This document shows positions 40,601-55,301 of a stretch of DNA of 64,000 nucleotides, in pieces (position 1 is the first letter of the stretch; every line of letters starts with the position of its first letter). The translations under genes were made by a program, and so were the position numbers. The stretch covers positions 14,942,001-15,006,000 of the forward strand of contig OX597828.1 of the NCBI GenBank assembly GCA_951406725.2, given 5' to 3'. This stretch comes from Octopus vulgaris (Eukaryota). The notes under the pieces are model-generated. The model ran no database searches and was not told the DNA's origin. It worked only from the letters and a program-made list of their open reading frames with translations.

Positions 40601-43600
40601 GTAAGGATATTCTTCAGATATTGCACATACATGCCAAGTATCCCTTGAGACCTTCTGAAATGTACAAATGTACATCGTTCTTTTATGATAATTCTGCTCT
40701 GACATTTAAATTACAAAACCTTCCCTAAAATGTATTGCAGGTAAGAATAATTGGAATACCTGTGTCTTTTTGATGTGCCAACAGATTTTATTTTTAACAG
40801 TTACTTGTAGAATTATCCTCATCACCATCATCATACATCCACCTATCCAACCCACGTTTGCATGGGTTGGATGAGTCTTCTCCAGTATTGCATCTTTCAT
40901 CTGTTACTTATTTCAGTCATTAGACTGCAGCCATGCTAGGGTACTGTCTTGAAGAACTTTAGACAAACAAATCAACCCCAATACCATTTTTATATTTTCT
41001 GAAAGCCTGGTACTTATTCCATTGGTCTCTCTTAGTGAACCACTAAGTTACAGGGATGTAAACACACCTACACCAGTTCTCAAGTGGTGGTGGTGGTGGT
41101 GGAGGGGACAAATACAGACACAAAAACACACACATATATACGATGGGCTTCTTTCAGTTTCAGTCTGCTAAATCCACTCACAAGATTTTGCTTGGCCTGA
41201 GGCTATAGTAGAAGACAACTTACCCAAGGTGTCACACAGTAGGACTGAACCTTGAACCATGCATTTGGGAAGCAAGCTTCTTGGTCTTTTGATCTCTCTT
41301 TCGTGAGATTCAGTCTCCTGAGATCAGTTTTCACCAATTCTTTCCACATTTCCTCAGTCTTCCTATTTTCACGGAGTCCTTCCGCTTAGATCTCTTGATA
41401 CTTCTTTACCTAACTGTCATACCCTCTATGCATGTCTCTATGTATGTTACATCTTCATTCCAGCTCTAATTCCTCTTAAACCCAGTTTTCCCCTCAGCTC
41501 ATTTTGTGCTCTGTCGTTCCTGTACACACCTAGCAGAGTATGCTCACCTCATTTTTTTTCCCACCTTCACACATTTTCTATATTCGCTACCCCTGTTTCC
41601 CCTTCAGTCAATATCACACTTCACACAAATATCATACAATCTGAGTGGGAGAATCCTTTTTCAGAGTTAATAGCTCCCTGAACTTTTTCCACCCTGTTCT
41701 TAGTCTGACTTGCACTAATTTAAAGGAGAGAGGTACCCTTCTGGGCCTGAAGCAACAAGGTAACTTCTACAAAGTTGCTCTACATACTAGAAATAACAGT
41801 CAAAACTCTTACATATCGCACTCAGCCATATTTTTAAAATGAGTACACGGTGAAAAATGTATTCTCAGGTACATTGTTTCTGAGAAGAAAAGGGAACAGT
41901 CACTTCTCAATTGCCTTTGACAATGTGGCTTGCCTCATGGCGTCTGATCATGAAATAAACAATGACTACTCTGCAGAGATAAAAAGTGAAGTCAACAATG
42001 GCAGGATTTGAACTCACAACATAGTTAGTCCAAATTACTCTGCAAGGAGCATAGGGCCAGTTTCCCATTTTGTCTAACATATATATTCTTCCCTGGCTGG
42101 GACGCCAGTCCGTTGCAGGATTATTCACCTTTGCCAGCTGAGTGTACTAGTGCAATGTGAAACGGTTTTATTCAATAACACAATGTATTGCCCAGTCAGG
42201 GAATCGAAACCACAATCTTACAATCATGAGTCCAGCACCCTAACCACTTAGCCATGCACCTCCTCACAGTTATGCTCTTCCACAACATAGAGAGGTCTAA
42301 CTAAATACTGGTTGCTGCTTAGTCTGGTACGTCTGAATGAGAATACTAGTGACAAGTGTTATTAAAACTTGTAACTGTTATTGGAAAATCCTGAACATCC
42401 CCATTTGACTGAAGGTGGATTAACTTATTACAGTAAATAAGAACTGAACAACAGTATTAGTTCAGCCATGGAGTGGTTGGCGTTAGGAAGGGCATCCAGC
42501 TGTAGAAACACTGCCAGATCTGACTGGCCTGGTGCAGCCTTCGGGCTCCCCAGACCCCAGTTGAACCGTCCAACCCATGCTAGCATGGAAAGCGGACGTT
42601 AAATGATGATGATGATGTTGGTTTACCGTGTTACTTCGATGCATGTTGGCTTAACAGTGAATACCTATGTTTGAGTAATATAGTGTGCATTCTGTGTTAA
42701 CATATATTTCTGTAACAGGTAATCTTTAGGTAACCACAACCAACTATTTATTTACATAATACCATCTTACACCAGACGTGTATACTGCACATCATATCAG
42801 TAACATAAGCTCTGTTGTGCCAAAGCAAATATTTTGGATGAAGGATATGTTTGATTTAACCAGTAAATGACTAGCAATTGGATGAAAATAATATTTTGAC
42901 CCTGGTTGGGGTTGGAACTCAGAATATTAATGTGATCACGCTAGCACGGAAAACGGACGTTAAACGATGATGATGATGTACCTGTTTAATGCTCCACCAG
43001 ATCTACCGACTAAATGCTCTGCTATGACAAGTACTAATAGTGCCGGCTAATTCACTACTTGACCCAGTTTCAATCCCTGGTGCAAACCACTTCACCCATT
43101 TCATTAGTGATGATATTGCTGGTAACAGTAATAGCTTCTCGCAGAAGCCTTTCTGTTGCCTGTGAGTCTGGTAAACTTTGTTACTTAATGTGGTTATCGG
43201 TGTGTATACCTATATGTATATAGTTTAGGGTTTGAATCTTCAGCAAGCTGAAACCTTTCACCAATGCTTTGTATGTACCTACAGCCTAATTAAAACAAAA
43301 TCTCAGATGGGCCTGGCCTGCCCTGCCTGCTCTGCTCTGCCCTGCCCTGTCCTGTCCTGTCCACTCAACTGTCAATAGGTATCACATGGTAACATCAATT
43401 TACTGTTATTAGATTGCAATACTGAGTTCAGCTTGTCCTGTGGTTATAATTTGAAGAGACTCATTGAGTGAGACTGCTGGGAGTCTCTACATGGTCACTC
43501 AAAATAGCAGCCAAATTTCCTTCAAATCTTCCTGTAGTATCTTAAATATGAAAACGGCACATTAGATGATGTAGTCCTAGGTACTCCTAAAAAGACAGGG

Positions 43601-44282
43601 TGGTCATGGCTGGAATGCTTTTGGTCATAGGTCTGCTGAATCTGGGTAGACACAGGGTTAAAGATCTACAACTGCAACATTAGAACAGATGAGTCATTGA
43701 AAGAGTTGAGATTGTGAGGTGTCTAGAAAAAAATGGGTTTGGACATGTATAATGATTGATTTTGTGTGTGTGTGCATAGACTATTTTATCAACCACAGAC
43801 TGGAACACTTTCAGTTCTTCAGGTCTTTGTTGCTCTCTGCTCTAGTTGTTTCTTTTTAGCCTCTTCCTCACCAGTGATAGCATCCGATTCTGTGATACAA
43901 AACTGTCCGTTTTCAGATTTACTGCTAAAACCTCCATCATAAATTTCTTGAAGAACCATTTTTAACACTAGCTTTATAATGGGGAAGTTATTTATGCTAA
44001 ATCCTCCCAAATGTTCAATTATTTTAAACAGCAATTAAAATACATAAATCTGTAACAAAAGAGTTAATCCATTGTAAATAAAAGCGAGTCTCCTGTTTAA
44101 TGAAATGGTCTTAATCCTCACCTTTGTAATATCTATTGGTTAATATTTTGTTGTTCTTGTTCAATCCAAGTTGATCTCTGAATTAGTAGCTCTTGGATAA
44201 CAGACACTCCAAACTTAGCCATCCCGTTTTATTTTCAGGCACTACATCTAGGGACTACATAAGCCAACATATACTTACCTTA

Positions 44283-44796
44283 TCTATATATATAAAACTG
44301 TAGTTGTGTGAGTGTCTGTCCCCTACGATTTAGATTCCTAACTCCTCCCACATTTTGCGGTGCAGTTTAACCAAATTCGGGTATCTTATAGTCATGATTA
44401 ATATCGAGCCCGTCTGGCTATTAGTGCGCGTCTACGATGAGTCTACGATTTTAAAAATAATTTAACATAATTTTTTATTCCATTTTAATGCATAATATTT
44501 CGTGTGTCGATGGCGGTGGAGTTGGCGTCCACGCTCAAACACCTGCACCTGTGTTTGCTTCTCCCCTTTCTTCCCTCCCTCGTGAAGCTGTGGGGAAGGG
44601 AGTGTAATGAAATCAACGTCGTAATGCGTTGTCAAGGAGACCAGCGTTCTTTTAGAACGACTTCATGGCTTGAAGACGCCAAAACAGAAATGGCTAAGAA
44701 AGCCCGAATTGGCATCTATAAAGGAAGTAACTCTCTAAAAATGCTTATATAGTTATTTCCCTTACAAACCCGAGCAACGCCGGGCGATACTGCTAG
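44283..44796 (+). mobile_element. complete non-autonomous Helitron (514 bp)
   Basis: 5' TCTATATATATAAAAC, 3' hairpin CCCGAGCAACGCCGGG then CTAG. Inserted between A and T with no TSD; CpG-rich relative to the flanks. Confidence 0.9.
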
Positions 44797-44887
44797 TTTT
44801 TAATACAATAATTCATAATTTGAGAGAAATTTGGCTGCTAGTTTTAGCTGATTAAAACCATTATGCATTTCTCTGTTTCATACTTAA

Positions 44888-45099
44888 CCCTTTTCTTACC
44901 ATATTTCTGTCAACATATGCTGCTTTTGTTTCAATTAATTTTTATAATACTAAAAAATTTAGTAAAACAATTTTCTCATTATTAAGCTGAGGTCCAGAAC
45001 AAATTAGTATAAAATTTTCATGGAAGTTTATAATTTAGACCACTTTAAAATAGTAAAATTTGTCATAGAACCTCTCAAGAGGGTTGGTATCCAAAAGGG
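44888..45099. mobile_element. piggyBac-like MITE
   Basis: TTAA-CCCTTTT...AAAAGGG-TTAA. Related copies at ~32460-32632, 48940-49146 and 61660-61886. Confidence 0.7.
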
Positions 45100-45672
45100 T
45101 TAAGCCCTTCTTTTCCTATGGAGCATAAGCCACCAGCAATTTGTTTCCACAGTTCTTGACTCTGGACCCTAAGGAAAGGCCTTCCTCTACTTGGTTTTGA
45201 ATTGTCATCAATGCTTCAGTAACTACACTTTTTTTTTATCTAGGTAGGGGTTGTTGGCCCTAAACAAACCTATTTTTTACCTTAGGAAGAGGCAGTCTCT
45301 ATTAGCCTGGCCTCTATACTTTGATCTGTCCAGTATAGCAGGCCTTACTCACAGCTTGCACTGTGCTGGCATAGCTCTCGAGGAGTATTGAGGTACACTA
45401 ACCACTACAACACAAGGACTGGTCCTTGTGATCGAGAGTCTCTGTGGCATCAATAATTTAACACTTAATTCTTTGTGTTGGCGGACATATCACAGGTTAT
45501 TACAACATTACCATTTTTCTTTTATCACTGTTTATGGAATGTGTGTCATTTTTCCATCTCTCCGAAATTTTGTACTACCAGCAGGTTTTCCAGTATACTT
45601 GGCTGCCAACCTAACCAGAACAGAAGCTTAGTTTTAGCCAATATTTCTAAACAAGAACACTTTAGTGTTCAA

Positions 45673-45924
45673 CAATGGTTCTCAACCATTTATTGCCTAT
45701 GGAACCCTTTGATTCCTATTTTATTCTACTGGGCCCTCTTACCTATTCAAATTTTTTAATCCTATTATATTTTTATAATTAAATATCATTAGAAATTGTA
45801 TGAAAATAATTGTTAAAATATTTTGTTTATTCTGGACATATAACCAACTTATAGCACATAAATTTTAACAGCAAATCTTATATGGATCCCCAAGGGTCAT
45901 GTGGACTCTAGTTGACAGCCACTG
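45673..45924. mobile_element. hAT-type MITE, same family (~250 bp)
   Basis: CAATGGTTCTCAAC ... GTTGACAGCCACTG; internal sequence is the reverse complement of the 2296-2945 element. Confidence 0.7.
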
Positions 45925-48766
45925 GTGTAACAATAAGCCTTGATATGCCTTTCAGGAATGGGCATCACATCATCCAGGAATGTTATCTACAATAGATTGG
46001 GTTGTTATCTTCTCCAGAGGGATACGAATAAGTCTAGTACTAACTTACTGAAACAATGAAGATTATATACTTTGCTTGACCTGGTAAAAAAAATAGCAAT
46101 TGAATCTTCAACTCATACATTTTACTGTCTTAAAAACAGGATTATTATAGCTGGAGAATCTATTATTATAGATCTGCTCACCTAGCATATCTGATGGTAA
46201 TGGAAACGACAGGGTTTCTTTTTGTGTCTCATTCACCACCTCACTGTGGGACTTAACCCTTTAGCCTTCAAATTATTCTGTCAAATGTAATATTTATTTA
46301 TTCACAATAGTAGCATTAGAAGGAGCAGAATGGAGAAACAGCTGTTCTGAGAGTTAATTATTTGAGTGTATCAGTCACCATATTTCTTTGTTTTTTCAGA
46401 CATTAACCTTGTCCTTCTATTTTTAAGAAGGTGGTATGTGTTTTGAGAGTGATTAAGTTGCTATTTCTTGCAAATCAAGTAACTGACTAGAGGCTCCCTC
46501 ATTACCTTTGAATATTTATTTGTTATGGTTGAGCCCCAGGTCAACCCTGATTCAGAAGAGACCTGCCAGTAGTCATTGTACTACTTTTCCTTTAGTTTAT
46601 ATAGTTTATCTTTAACTCTTCCAATGAACTCCCTCATTTGTATATACTTTAGGTATTTCCATCAGCTCACTTCTGCTGAAATTATATATTTATTCTTTAT
46701 ACTGAGCTATCCAACCTTTCTTTTATCTACTTCGGTGTAGCTTTAAATTAAAACTGAGAATACACACAGCACTGCATAAAAAGCACCTGTGCTGGTGCCA
46801 TGTAATGAGCACCCATACGTGTACCGTGTAAAAAGCACCTGTGCCATCATTACAATGAAAGTACTCAGTACATACTGTAAAGTGTTTGGCATTAGGAAGG
46901 GCATCCAGCCATAGAAACCATGGCAATTGGAGCCTGGTGCAGCTCTCTGGCTTGCCAGTTCTGATCAAACTGCTCAGCCCATGTCAGTATGGAAAATGAA
47001 TTTTAAATGATGATGGTGATGATAATGATGACGACAACGACAGCAGCAGTTTTTTAAAACTGATTATTGATATTAATTGCCTTTCATTTTAGTTGTAGTT
47101 GTCCTTGTTTAACCCCAGGTTAGCCCTGACTGAACTGCTTAACACTATAAAACCAGAACCAAACGCAAACCCTTAAATGCCTTTTTGTGGCTGAGGAGTT
47201 ATTTACATTCCATTTTTCATAACAGCATGATGATGGGGTATGGTTTGAGAGGGAGATTTAGTTACTATTTCTTGCAAATCAAGCAACTGACTAGTGGCTC
47301 CTTCATTACCTATGAATATTTGTTGTTGATGTGCCTCTGGTGAACCCTGATTCTGAAGATACATGCCAGCTGTGATTGTACTAACCCATCTTCTAGACGT
47401 AATATATCATCTTTAACAGTATTACATCTTCCAATTAGTCTCCCTCATTTATATTTACGTTAAGCATTTTCATCCGCCCACTTTGTTAATATTATAGTTT
47501 TCTGTAAACAGAAATATCTCAGCCATTCTCTGACCACCATACAGTTTAGCCTTCCTCTATCTGCTTCTGTATGATGATGCATTCGTGAAAAAAAAGTAAA
47601 CAAAACACACTCATTATTTTTCTTATTCTCCTCTCTAGTGTTATCAGTTTTCCTAAATTCCTGATAATTACATTAGCGTTGGCCTACTATTCCATTTCTG
47701 GCATTTAGTTGTATGGAACACTTATTCATCTGATCTGTCTGCAATATTTCTGTATTTTTAGGGCGGTGACTAGGCCAAAAATGTTGGCTATAGCATCAGT
47801 TTAAATGTCTCATAGTATTTCATTTTGACCCACCAGGGTACATAAAATAAGTGCTAGCTATACTTTTCAAATCATTTCAGAAGACTATGGGGTTCTTTTC
47901 TAAAATAAAGTCTTCGTTTTTTATACATAGAAAAACATTATTTTCACACTTTTGTAACCATATTACAACTGAAAGTATTTAATAAATTAAATTAGTTTTC
48001 TCATTGTTAAACTGGCTTTTAAAACATAATGTAACTATGTTTTCACATAAAACTATGATGGAAGATTTAAATTTAAATCTGAACCCTTTAAAATGGAACG
48101 ATTTTATCATAGAACCAGGAACTGCTTCAGGCATGTTAGTATAAAGAATGTTAAACAATAATTTAATCCTTTAATCTCATCAACTTACTTATCTAACAAG
48201 TGATGGAGGGCAAGAGCTTGAGTCTAAGAAAACAAGTCTTGTTTTTTCAAATTTTTAGTTTTGTTGTTACAATTTTTGAAAAAAAAAAAAATTCTTTACC
48301 TTTCTGTCTCTGAACCCTTGGTTTTATTTATGCTACACTATCATTATTATGATAGAGCAGCTGTCTGCTGTAAAGAAATTTTTGTTTTTTTTTAGTTGTT
48401 GTCTCAGTTTTATATTGTATTGTACATCATGTGACTGTCAACTTTCATCTCTTGTAGGTTATTCTGTCTCTTTGTTATTGAGTACTACAGCTTCTTTGGT
48501 CTTTTGGCTTCATCATCATCATCACTGTAACCAGTTCTACATTATTCAGTCCCTTGGAAATAATCTTGAGTATAGCCAAAAGAAGTCATCCTCTCCTCCT
48601 CCCCATCTTTTTTCTTGCAGGCAATTCACACACACACACATACATGTATGCGATAGTATTGTTTCTCTTTTTAATCAAATACAAATTATTTCCTCAGATT
48701 GAAATACCTACAATTCCTGTATTTGACATAGCAAATATTAACCCATCTCCTCTCATATATTTTTAG

Positions 48767-48832
48767 CTGAGAGTACCATGTCGGTCGGATAAACTTGTAG
48801 GAATCATTAACCAGCCAAGAGTACCTCTAATG
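48767..48832 (+). CDS. DENND6: DENND6 exon (LRVPCRSDKLVGIINQPRVPLM)
   Basis: Acceptor tttttag, donor gtatga. 66 nt, phase 0 to 0. Resembles VRIPTCHDK. The 3' boundary is less certain. Confidence 0.82.
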
Positions 48833-50115
48833 GTATGAATCTATCCATCATTATTTCATTCATGAATATCTTTCAAATTTGCTGTCTGTTTTGATGCGCA
48901 TGAACTTTCTCCTTTCAATATTGGAAATCACTTTCACCCCTTTGACTCCAACCTACCCAAAGCTTCACCTGATTTTTTAATACAAACTTCGAGTTTGAAA
49001 ATCATCTAGATTAAAATCTCTCATCAAGATTTCATGTTAATTTAAATTCCAAACACCAGCTTAACAATGGCAAAGTTATTTTACAAAATTCTTCATTTCT
49101 TTGAAAGGCAATGTATTTCATTAGAAATATGGTAACAAAAGGGTTTATATTTCTGACTAAAGCATCTTGAAAATGTTTTGAGGATCAGTCTCCTAATACA
49201 AACATTTCCAATGGAGGAGCCTCTCAGTGATGGCTCAACCAGTTAGAAAAATGCTGCCTAATCTCCCTCAACTCCAATACCACCATATTAAAAAGGAAGG
49301 ACACATTGGATAATACTATTTTAACCCTTTAACATTCAGATTACTGTCAAATGTAATGCTTATTTATTAACATTGTTTTTAATTAATAATGTATTATCTT
49401 GTAGTTTTAAGATTTCAATTATGTGATTGTATATTTTTAGAATAACATTGTTGGGTAGGTGTGAAATCTGGTCAGTTTGAACACAAAACAATGTCAGAAT
49501 TTGATTTTAGAATTTAATGAGTTGGGATGAATATTTTAAATGCTCTAACAATTCTGCCAGTTTGCTTGTTAACAAAAAATATCTTAAGGTGGCGAGCTGG
49601 CAGAAACATTAGCACGCTGGGCGAAATGCTTAGCGGTATTTTATCTGCCGCTACGTTCTGAGTTCAAATTCCGCCGAGGTTGACTTTGCCTTTCATTCTT
49701 TCGGAGTCAATTAAAAAAGGACCATTTACACACAGGTGGGGGTCGATATAATTGACTTAATCCATTTGTCTATCTTTGTTTGTCCCCTCTGTGTGTAGCC
49801 CTTGTGGACAGTAAAGAAATAAAAAAATATACTCCTTTAATACTTCGTGCTACTGAAATTTTTTAGGTGATGAATTGGGATTATATAATGACTTACAGTC
49901 AGCTTATATCTTTCTACAACCTGTATCTGATTACACTTTTGGTAAAAATTATATTTTTCTGACCACTTGTGTTGGTCAGAAAAATTCATACTTGTTATGA
50001 ACTGAGTTTGAATAAGTTAACTCCCTCCCCTAGAAATATCAAGCCTTAAGTCAATGTAAAAAACAAAAAAAAACATTGATATTAACTTTCATGTAAATTC
50101 TCTTCTTTTCCGTAG

Positions 50116-50171
50116 CCTACTCTACCAGCACACACAATCCTACCAACACTACATGAAGCTGATATTTTTAG
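50116..50171 (+). CDS. DENND6: DENND6 exon (PTLPAHTILPTLHEADIF-S)
   Basis: Acceptor ttttccgtag, donor gtaagt. 56 nt, phase 0 to 2. Resembles ILPTVHEVDIF. Confidence 0.9.
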
Positions 50172-50326
50172 GTAAGTAAAAATTACCTTAACTTATTTCA
50201 GCCCAATGGGTTGAAGTTTGTATTCTCAAGTAACCTATAAGCATAGCTGTGTGGTTCTGAAGTTCTCTTCTAACCACATGGTTGCAAGTTCAATTCCAGT
50301 GTTCTATATCATGGGCAAGTGTTTTT

Positions 50327-50374
<48 letters not shown>

Positions 50375-52493
50375 TTTCTATAATATCCAGGCAACTACTT
50401 TGCAAAAGAGTAACATCTTTCAAATTAGAACTGATAATTAAATGTGGATACTACAGAAGCAACATCATCTCTCTTCAGGTAGAACTGTATTCCTCCTCGT
50501 GCTGTTTGAATAGTTTTCATTCAAACTGAAATTTTATGGTATATGTATCATCATCATAGAAAGCAGTATAGTGTCTCATTGGTGAAATTAAATAGAGCAG
50601 TGGACAAAAGGCCTTGTATTATTTTATAAAAAAAGGAAGTTTTTAACACAGAGACAGGTGCACACATTGCACTCTGTCACAATGTAATACTCATATACTT
50701 GTGTTGTAGATTAAAAACTCTGAAGTTTTCTAAATATCTTGGCATTTTCCATCTCACCTGAAAAACTCATAACATACCTGGACTGTCTGCAGCACACTTT
50801 TGTGTCATGGCCCAGTAGTTTGAAATGTCATCATCCTCATCATAATCATCATTTAACACCCACGTTCCATGCTGGCCTGGGTTGAACATTTTGACAAGAT
50901 TTGATGGGGCCAAGGACTGCATTGTGCTCCAGTGTCTGTTTTGGCATGGTTTTTACTGCTGTACGCCCTTCCTAATGCCAACCACTTTACAGCATGTACT
51001 GAGTGCATTTTTGTGCAGCCACCAGTAGCGAGGTTACCATGCAACTCCAATTTCCAGTACCCTTGAAAATAACTGTAAATCACTCCAGTGTATCTTCCTG
51101 TGCACTTTCAGATAGTGAAGGTGTGTGGCCTTGTGGCTGGGGTGGTCAGCTCATGATCATAAGGTTTTGGGTTCAATCCCTGGTCTAGCTGGTACATTGT
51201 GTCTTTGAGCAAGGCACTTCATGAGTACGAGCTAGGTACTGGTGATGCCCTCTTTCTTCACATCCTGGGTGATCCACATACCCCGGACACCAATTGAAGG
51301 TGGGTGCCGAATGAAGTGGGGTGCCTCATTAAAAGCAAGAAAGATGAGACTTTAAACAATTGTTTTTTGGGGTTTTTTTTATTACATCTCATTTCACACA
51401 TTCGGTTTTTCAATGTTTCATTCAGGGAAGCTGGTACATTAAACGGTTAGAATAAGGCAGTTTCGTAAAAGTAAACATTCAAAAAATATATTTTGAATTA
51501 CAGGCCATACCGAACTGGCAGGTAAAATGAACCCTGGTAAAGTATTTATTCCTAAAATATTGTTTTAAAACATTAATTACTTGTAACAAAGAAGTACTAT
51601 ATTATATCGTGGATTTTGTAGGGGGTGCGGTTTACCTTAGCTATGCCACTGGTCAAGAGTGAAGAGGCTGAGAAGGTGTCTATTCTTGTTTGCAGTTATA
51701 ATTAGCAAAAGCATGTTACATGCTTTCAAGCTGTACTTGCTCATGAATGACAGCTTGTTATACTCTCAGAGAGTAATTATAGTCAAGCTACTCTCAGAAG
51801 CTACTTAAATATTATAGGCAAGCTATTCCCAGGAGCTGTTCTGATATCAAAGCCAAGCTACTTCCAGAATAAGATATACAGCTTTTAAGCAAGACTTAAT
51901 GGTAATGAAATAGTTAAACAAGACTAATGAAAATAAAAATACTTAACCCTATAACACCTTTTGTTAATAATTCTTGATGTTAAGGCGACAGGCTGGCAGA
52001 ATCATTACCATACCAGACAAAATACTTAGTAGCATTTCATCCATCTCTATGTTCTGGGTTCAAATTTCACCAAGGTCGACTTTACTGTCATTCTTTCAGG
52101 GTCAATGAAATAAGTACCAGTTTAACACTGGGGTTGATGGAATCGACTTATTTCCTCTCACAAAATTGCTGGCCTTGTGGTGAATTTGAAATCAATAATT
52201 CTTGATGCTTCAAACATAATTTGTTTTTTTAAGAAAAGTGCAAAAACTATATTTAAGTTTAGACAAGTGTAAGGATTCTTTGCATTTCAACAACATAATT
52301 GCATGTAAATAATTGTAATTAAATATCTTGTGGTTGTAAATATTCTTTTCTTTCATGTTTTAGACTTGCCTGTAATGTTTGTTATCCATATTTTAATTTA
52401 GGCATTATAGGGTTAATATCATTAAATTATTTGTTTCTCTCCCCAAATATAAGAACTGTTTTTGAAGTGTTTCTTTTCTCTTGAATTTTCCAG

Positions 52494-52554
52494 TGCTTTC
52501 CAACCCATTTTAGCACATGTACAAATGTTATGGGAGCTTGTGATCATAGGAGAG
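52494..52554 (+). CDS. DENND6: DENND6 exon (S-AFQPILAHVQMLWELVIIGE)
   Basis: Acceptor ttttccag, donor gtatgc. 61 nt, phase 2 to 0. QMLWELV motif. Confidence 0.93.
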
Positions 52555-53197
52555 GTATGCCATATTTCTTTTTACATTTTCATTTATTTTCTTAGTCAGT
52601 CAGACATAAAGAAGGGGCAGTGCCCACGATATTTTCAGTCTCTCCTAGATTTGTGAAATCTATGCAGTTGATTGATGTTCATCCTCAACATTTGTGGATC
52701 AATATTTGCAGGAAAAACAAGGCAGTGAGCTGGCAGAATCATTAGCACACCAGGCAAAATGCTTGGCAGCATTTCATCTGTCTTTGTGTTCTGAGTTCAA
52801 ATTTCACTGAGATCAACTTAGCCTTTCATCCTTTCAGGGTTGCTAAAATAAGTACCAGTTAAGAACTGGGATCAATGTAATTCACTTATCCTCGCCCCTG
52901 AAATTGCCAGCCTTCTGCCAAAATTTTAAACCAATATTTTCAGGAAAAGAAAGTGCAGGGAAGGAATTTTAGTCCTGTGGAGGAAAGACCAAGTGAAGTG
53001 TTTCATTTGAGATCTGGATGAAAGACAAAATTGACCTTGGCAGAATTTGAACTTGGAGTGAGTTTTTAATATGGAAAGACATGCCTGAGAGGATTCGGCC
53101 ATTTGCATAGTTGTCTCTGATGGGTCAGAAGTGAAGGACATGAGTTACCAGTTTGCATTGAATTGGTGAAGCTCTAACCACTCACATCTGACCTATG

Positions 53198-53473
53198 TCA
53201 TCATCATCATCATCATTTAATGTTCGCTTTCCATGCTAGCATGGGTTGGGCGAATGACTGAGAGCTGGCGAACCAGATGGCTGCACCAGGTTTCAATCTT
53301 GATCTAGCAGAGTTTCTACAGCTGGATGCCCTTCCTAATGCCAACCACTCCGAGAGTGTAGTGGGTGCTTTTATGTGCCACCGGCACGGGGCCAGTCAGG
53401 CGGTACTGGCAACGACCTCGCTCAAATCTTTTACACATGCCACCGGCACAGGTGCCAGTAGGGCGATGCTGGT
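53198..53473 (-). mobile_element. RTE LINE 3' UTR copy
   Basis: (CAT)n followed by the reverse complement of the shared core. Confidence 0.8.
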
Positions 53474-53663
53474 ATGTGTCATTGAGAAATTGTCCAATGC
53501 ACACACACACACACATACCTGATCTCTGTGTCATTGAGAAACTGTACCACATACACATACACACAGATTATTGATGGGTTTATAGATTCTTGTTATAATG
53601 AATGAATGTGCCGTTACTGTGTCTCTATTCCTTATTTTCATTCATATTTTTGTTGCTCTTCAG

Positions 53664-53725
53664 CCGATAGCAGTAATGGCAGCATCACCCACAGTCACAT
53701 CCAATACAGTACAAGCATTAGTCAA
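53664..53725 (+). CDS. DENND6: DENND6 exon ([21 protein letters not shown])
   Basis: Acceptor ctcttcag, donor gttagt. 62 nt, phase 0 to 2. Resembles PLVVMAPSP...VLALVN. Confidence 0.9.
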
Positions 53726-53880
53726 GTTAGTAATCTCTTTTGTTCTTGGATTATTCTTTTTTTTTTTTTTTTTTCATTTATTGTTTTTCCATTGTTGAAT
53801 TTTCTTGTGATGATTATTCCATTGAAATTGAATGTCCTGTTTTATCATAAACACTGCCAAGTTGATTCTGTCTTTTCTAG

Positions 53881-53976
53881 TTTGATATCTCCTTTACGTT
53901 ACTGTTTAGACTACCGACCATATTTCACAATTCATGACAGCGAATTCAAAGAATACACAACACGAACGCAGGCTCC
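53881..53976 (+). CDS. DENND6: DENND6 exon ([33 protein letters not shown])
   Basis: Acceptor ttttctag, donor gtaagt. 96 nt, phase 2 to 2. Contains the highly conserved [21 protein letters not shown] motif. Confidence 0.97.
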
Positions 53977-54910
53977 GTAAGTAACCTATTGTTAGCATCA
54001 GTTTATGAAACCAATTTGTTTCTTTTAGTGTGGTTAAGAAGCTCATTTTGAAACCGCATGGTTTCAGGTTCAGTCTCACTGTGTGACACTTGGAGCAAGT
54101 GTCTTCCATTGTAGCTTCAGATCAACCCATGATTTGTGAGTGAATTCAGTTGGCAGAAACTGTATATTGAAGCCCTGTGTGTGTGTGTGTGTGTGTGTGC
54201 ATGCTGTTGTCCCTCCCCTCTGTTGTTTGACAACCTATGTTGGTATGTTTAGGTCCCTGTAACTTAGTGGTTCAGCAAATGTGATTGATAGAATTACTAC
54301 CAACTTAAAAATAAGTACTGGGATTGACTGATTTGACTAAACACTTCTAAGCAGTGCCCCAGCAAGACCATAATCTAATGAGTGAAACAAGTAAAAGATA
54401 AGAATAGAAGGTGTGGGAGTGGGGTGGATATTAGAAAATATGCTGTCAACACATTTGAAAATGTCTAGATACCAGTACCAGATTTATTGCATATAACTCA
54501 CTTACGTATATTTGTACCTTCATTTGGTTTACATCCACTTTACCATGCAAGCTTAGATTGGTTAAAGACTTATTGAGGCTGTATTCTATGGCCACTGAGA
54601 TCCTCTTCCTGTTGCCAGAACCACAGGATGTATTGTTTATATGGGATGTAAACACAGCATTACCATTTTGCTTCAGTGATGTCCTACAAAGACAGGTGGG
54701 ATGTAAACATTCATGCACACACACACACACTTACACAAACACACACATCATCATGGTTAGACAGTCTGACTGGAACTGGTAAGCCAGAGAACTGCACCAG
54801 GTTCCAGTCTGATTTTCGCTTGGTTTCTATGGCTGGACGCCCTTCCTAATGCCAACCATTCCAAGAATGTAGTGGGTGCCTTTTACATGCCATCATCACA
54901 GGTGCCTTTT

Positions 54911-54954
<44 letters not shown>

Positions 54955-55143
54955 GACGCCATGATAGATCGTTAGCCACTACACACATTTTTTTTCTCTC
55001 CTTGTTTTTTGTGTCCCTTTCTGTAGAAGAGCATAGGCTCGAAACATAAAAGGCTTTTTCTATTCCTGAGCGTTATACTAATACATCTGATTGTTTTCTA
55101 CACCACCTGTTTTCGTCTTCTGTTTTTTTTCGTAAACTCTCCC
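54955..55143 (+). mobile_element. small (TA)n-embedded element with a minimal hammerhead-like motif (55016-55053)
   Basis: CCTTT-CTGTAGA-A-GAGC(ATAG)GCTC-GAAA-CATA-AAAGG; (TA)n flanks. Confidence 0.7.
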
Positions 55144-55262
55144 TATATATATATATGCATACACACACACACACTTTTATGCTTTTACTTGTTTCAGTCA
55201 TTTTGACTGTGGCCATGCTAGAGCACTGCCTTTTAATTGAAGAAATCGCCTGCACCTATTAC

Positions 55263-55294
<32 letters not shown>

Positions 55295-55301
55295 AGACAT
55301 A

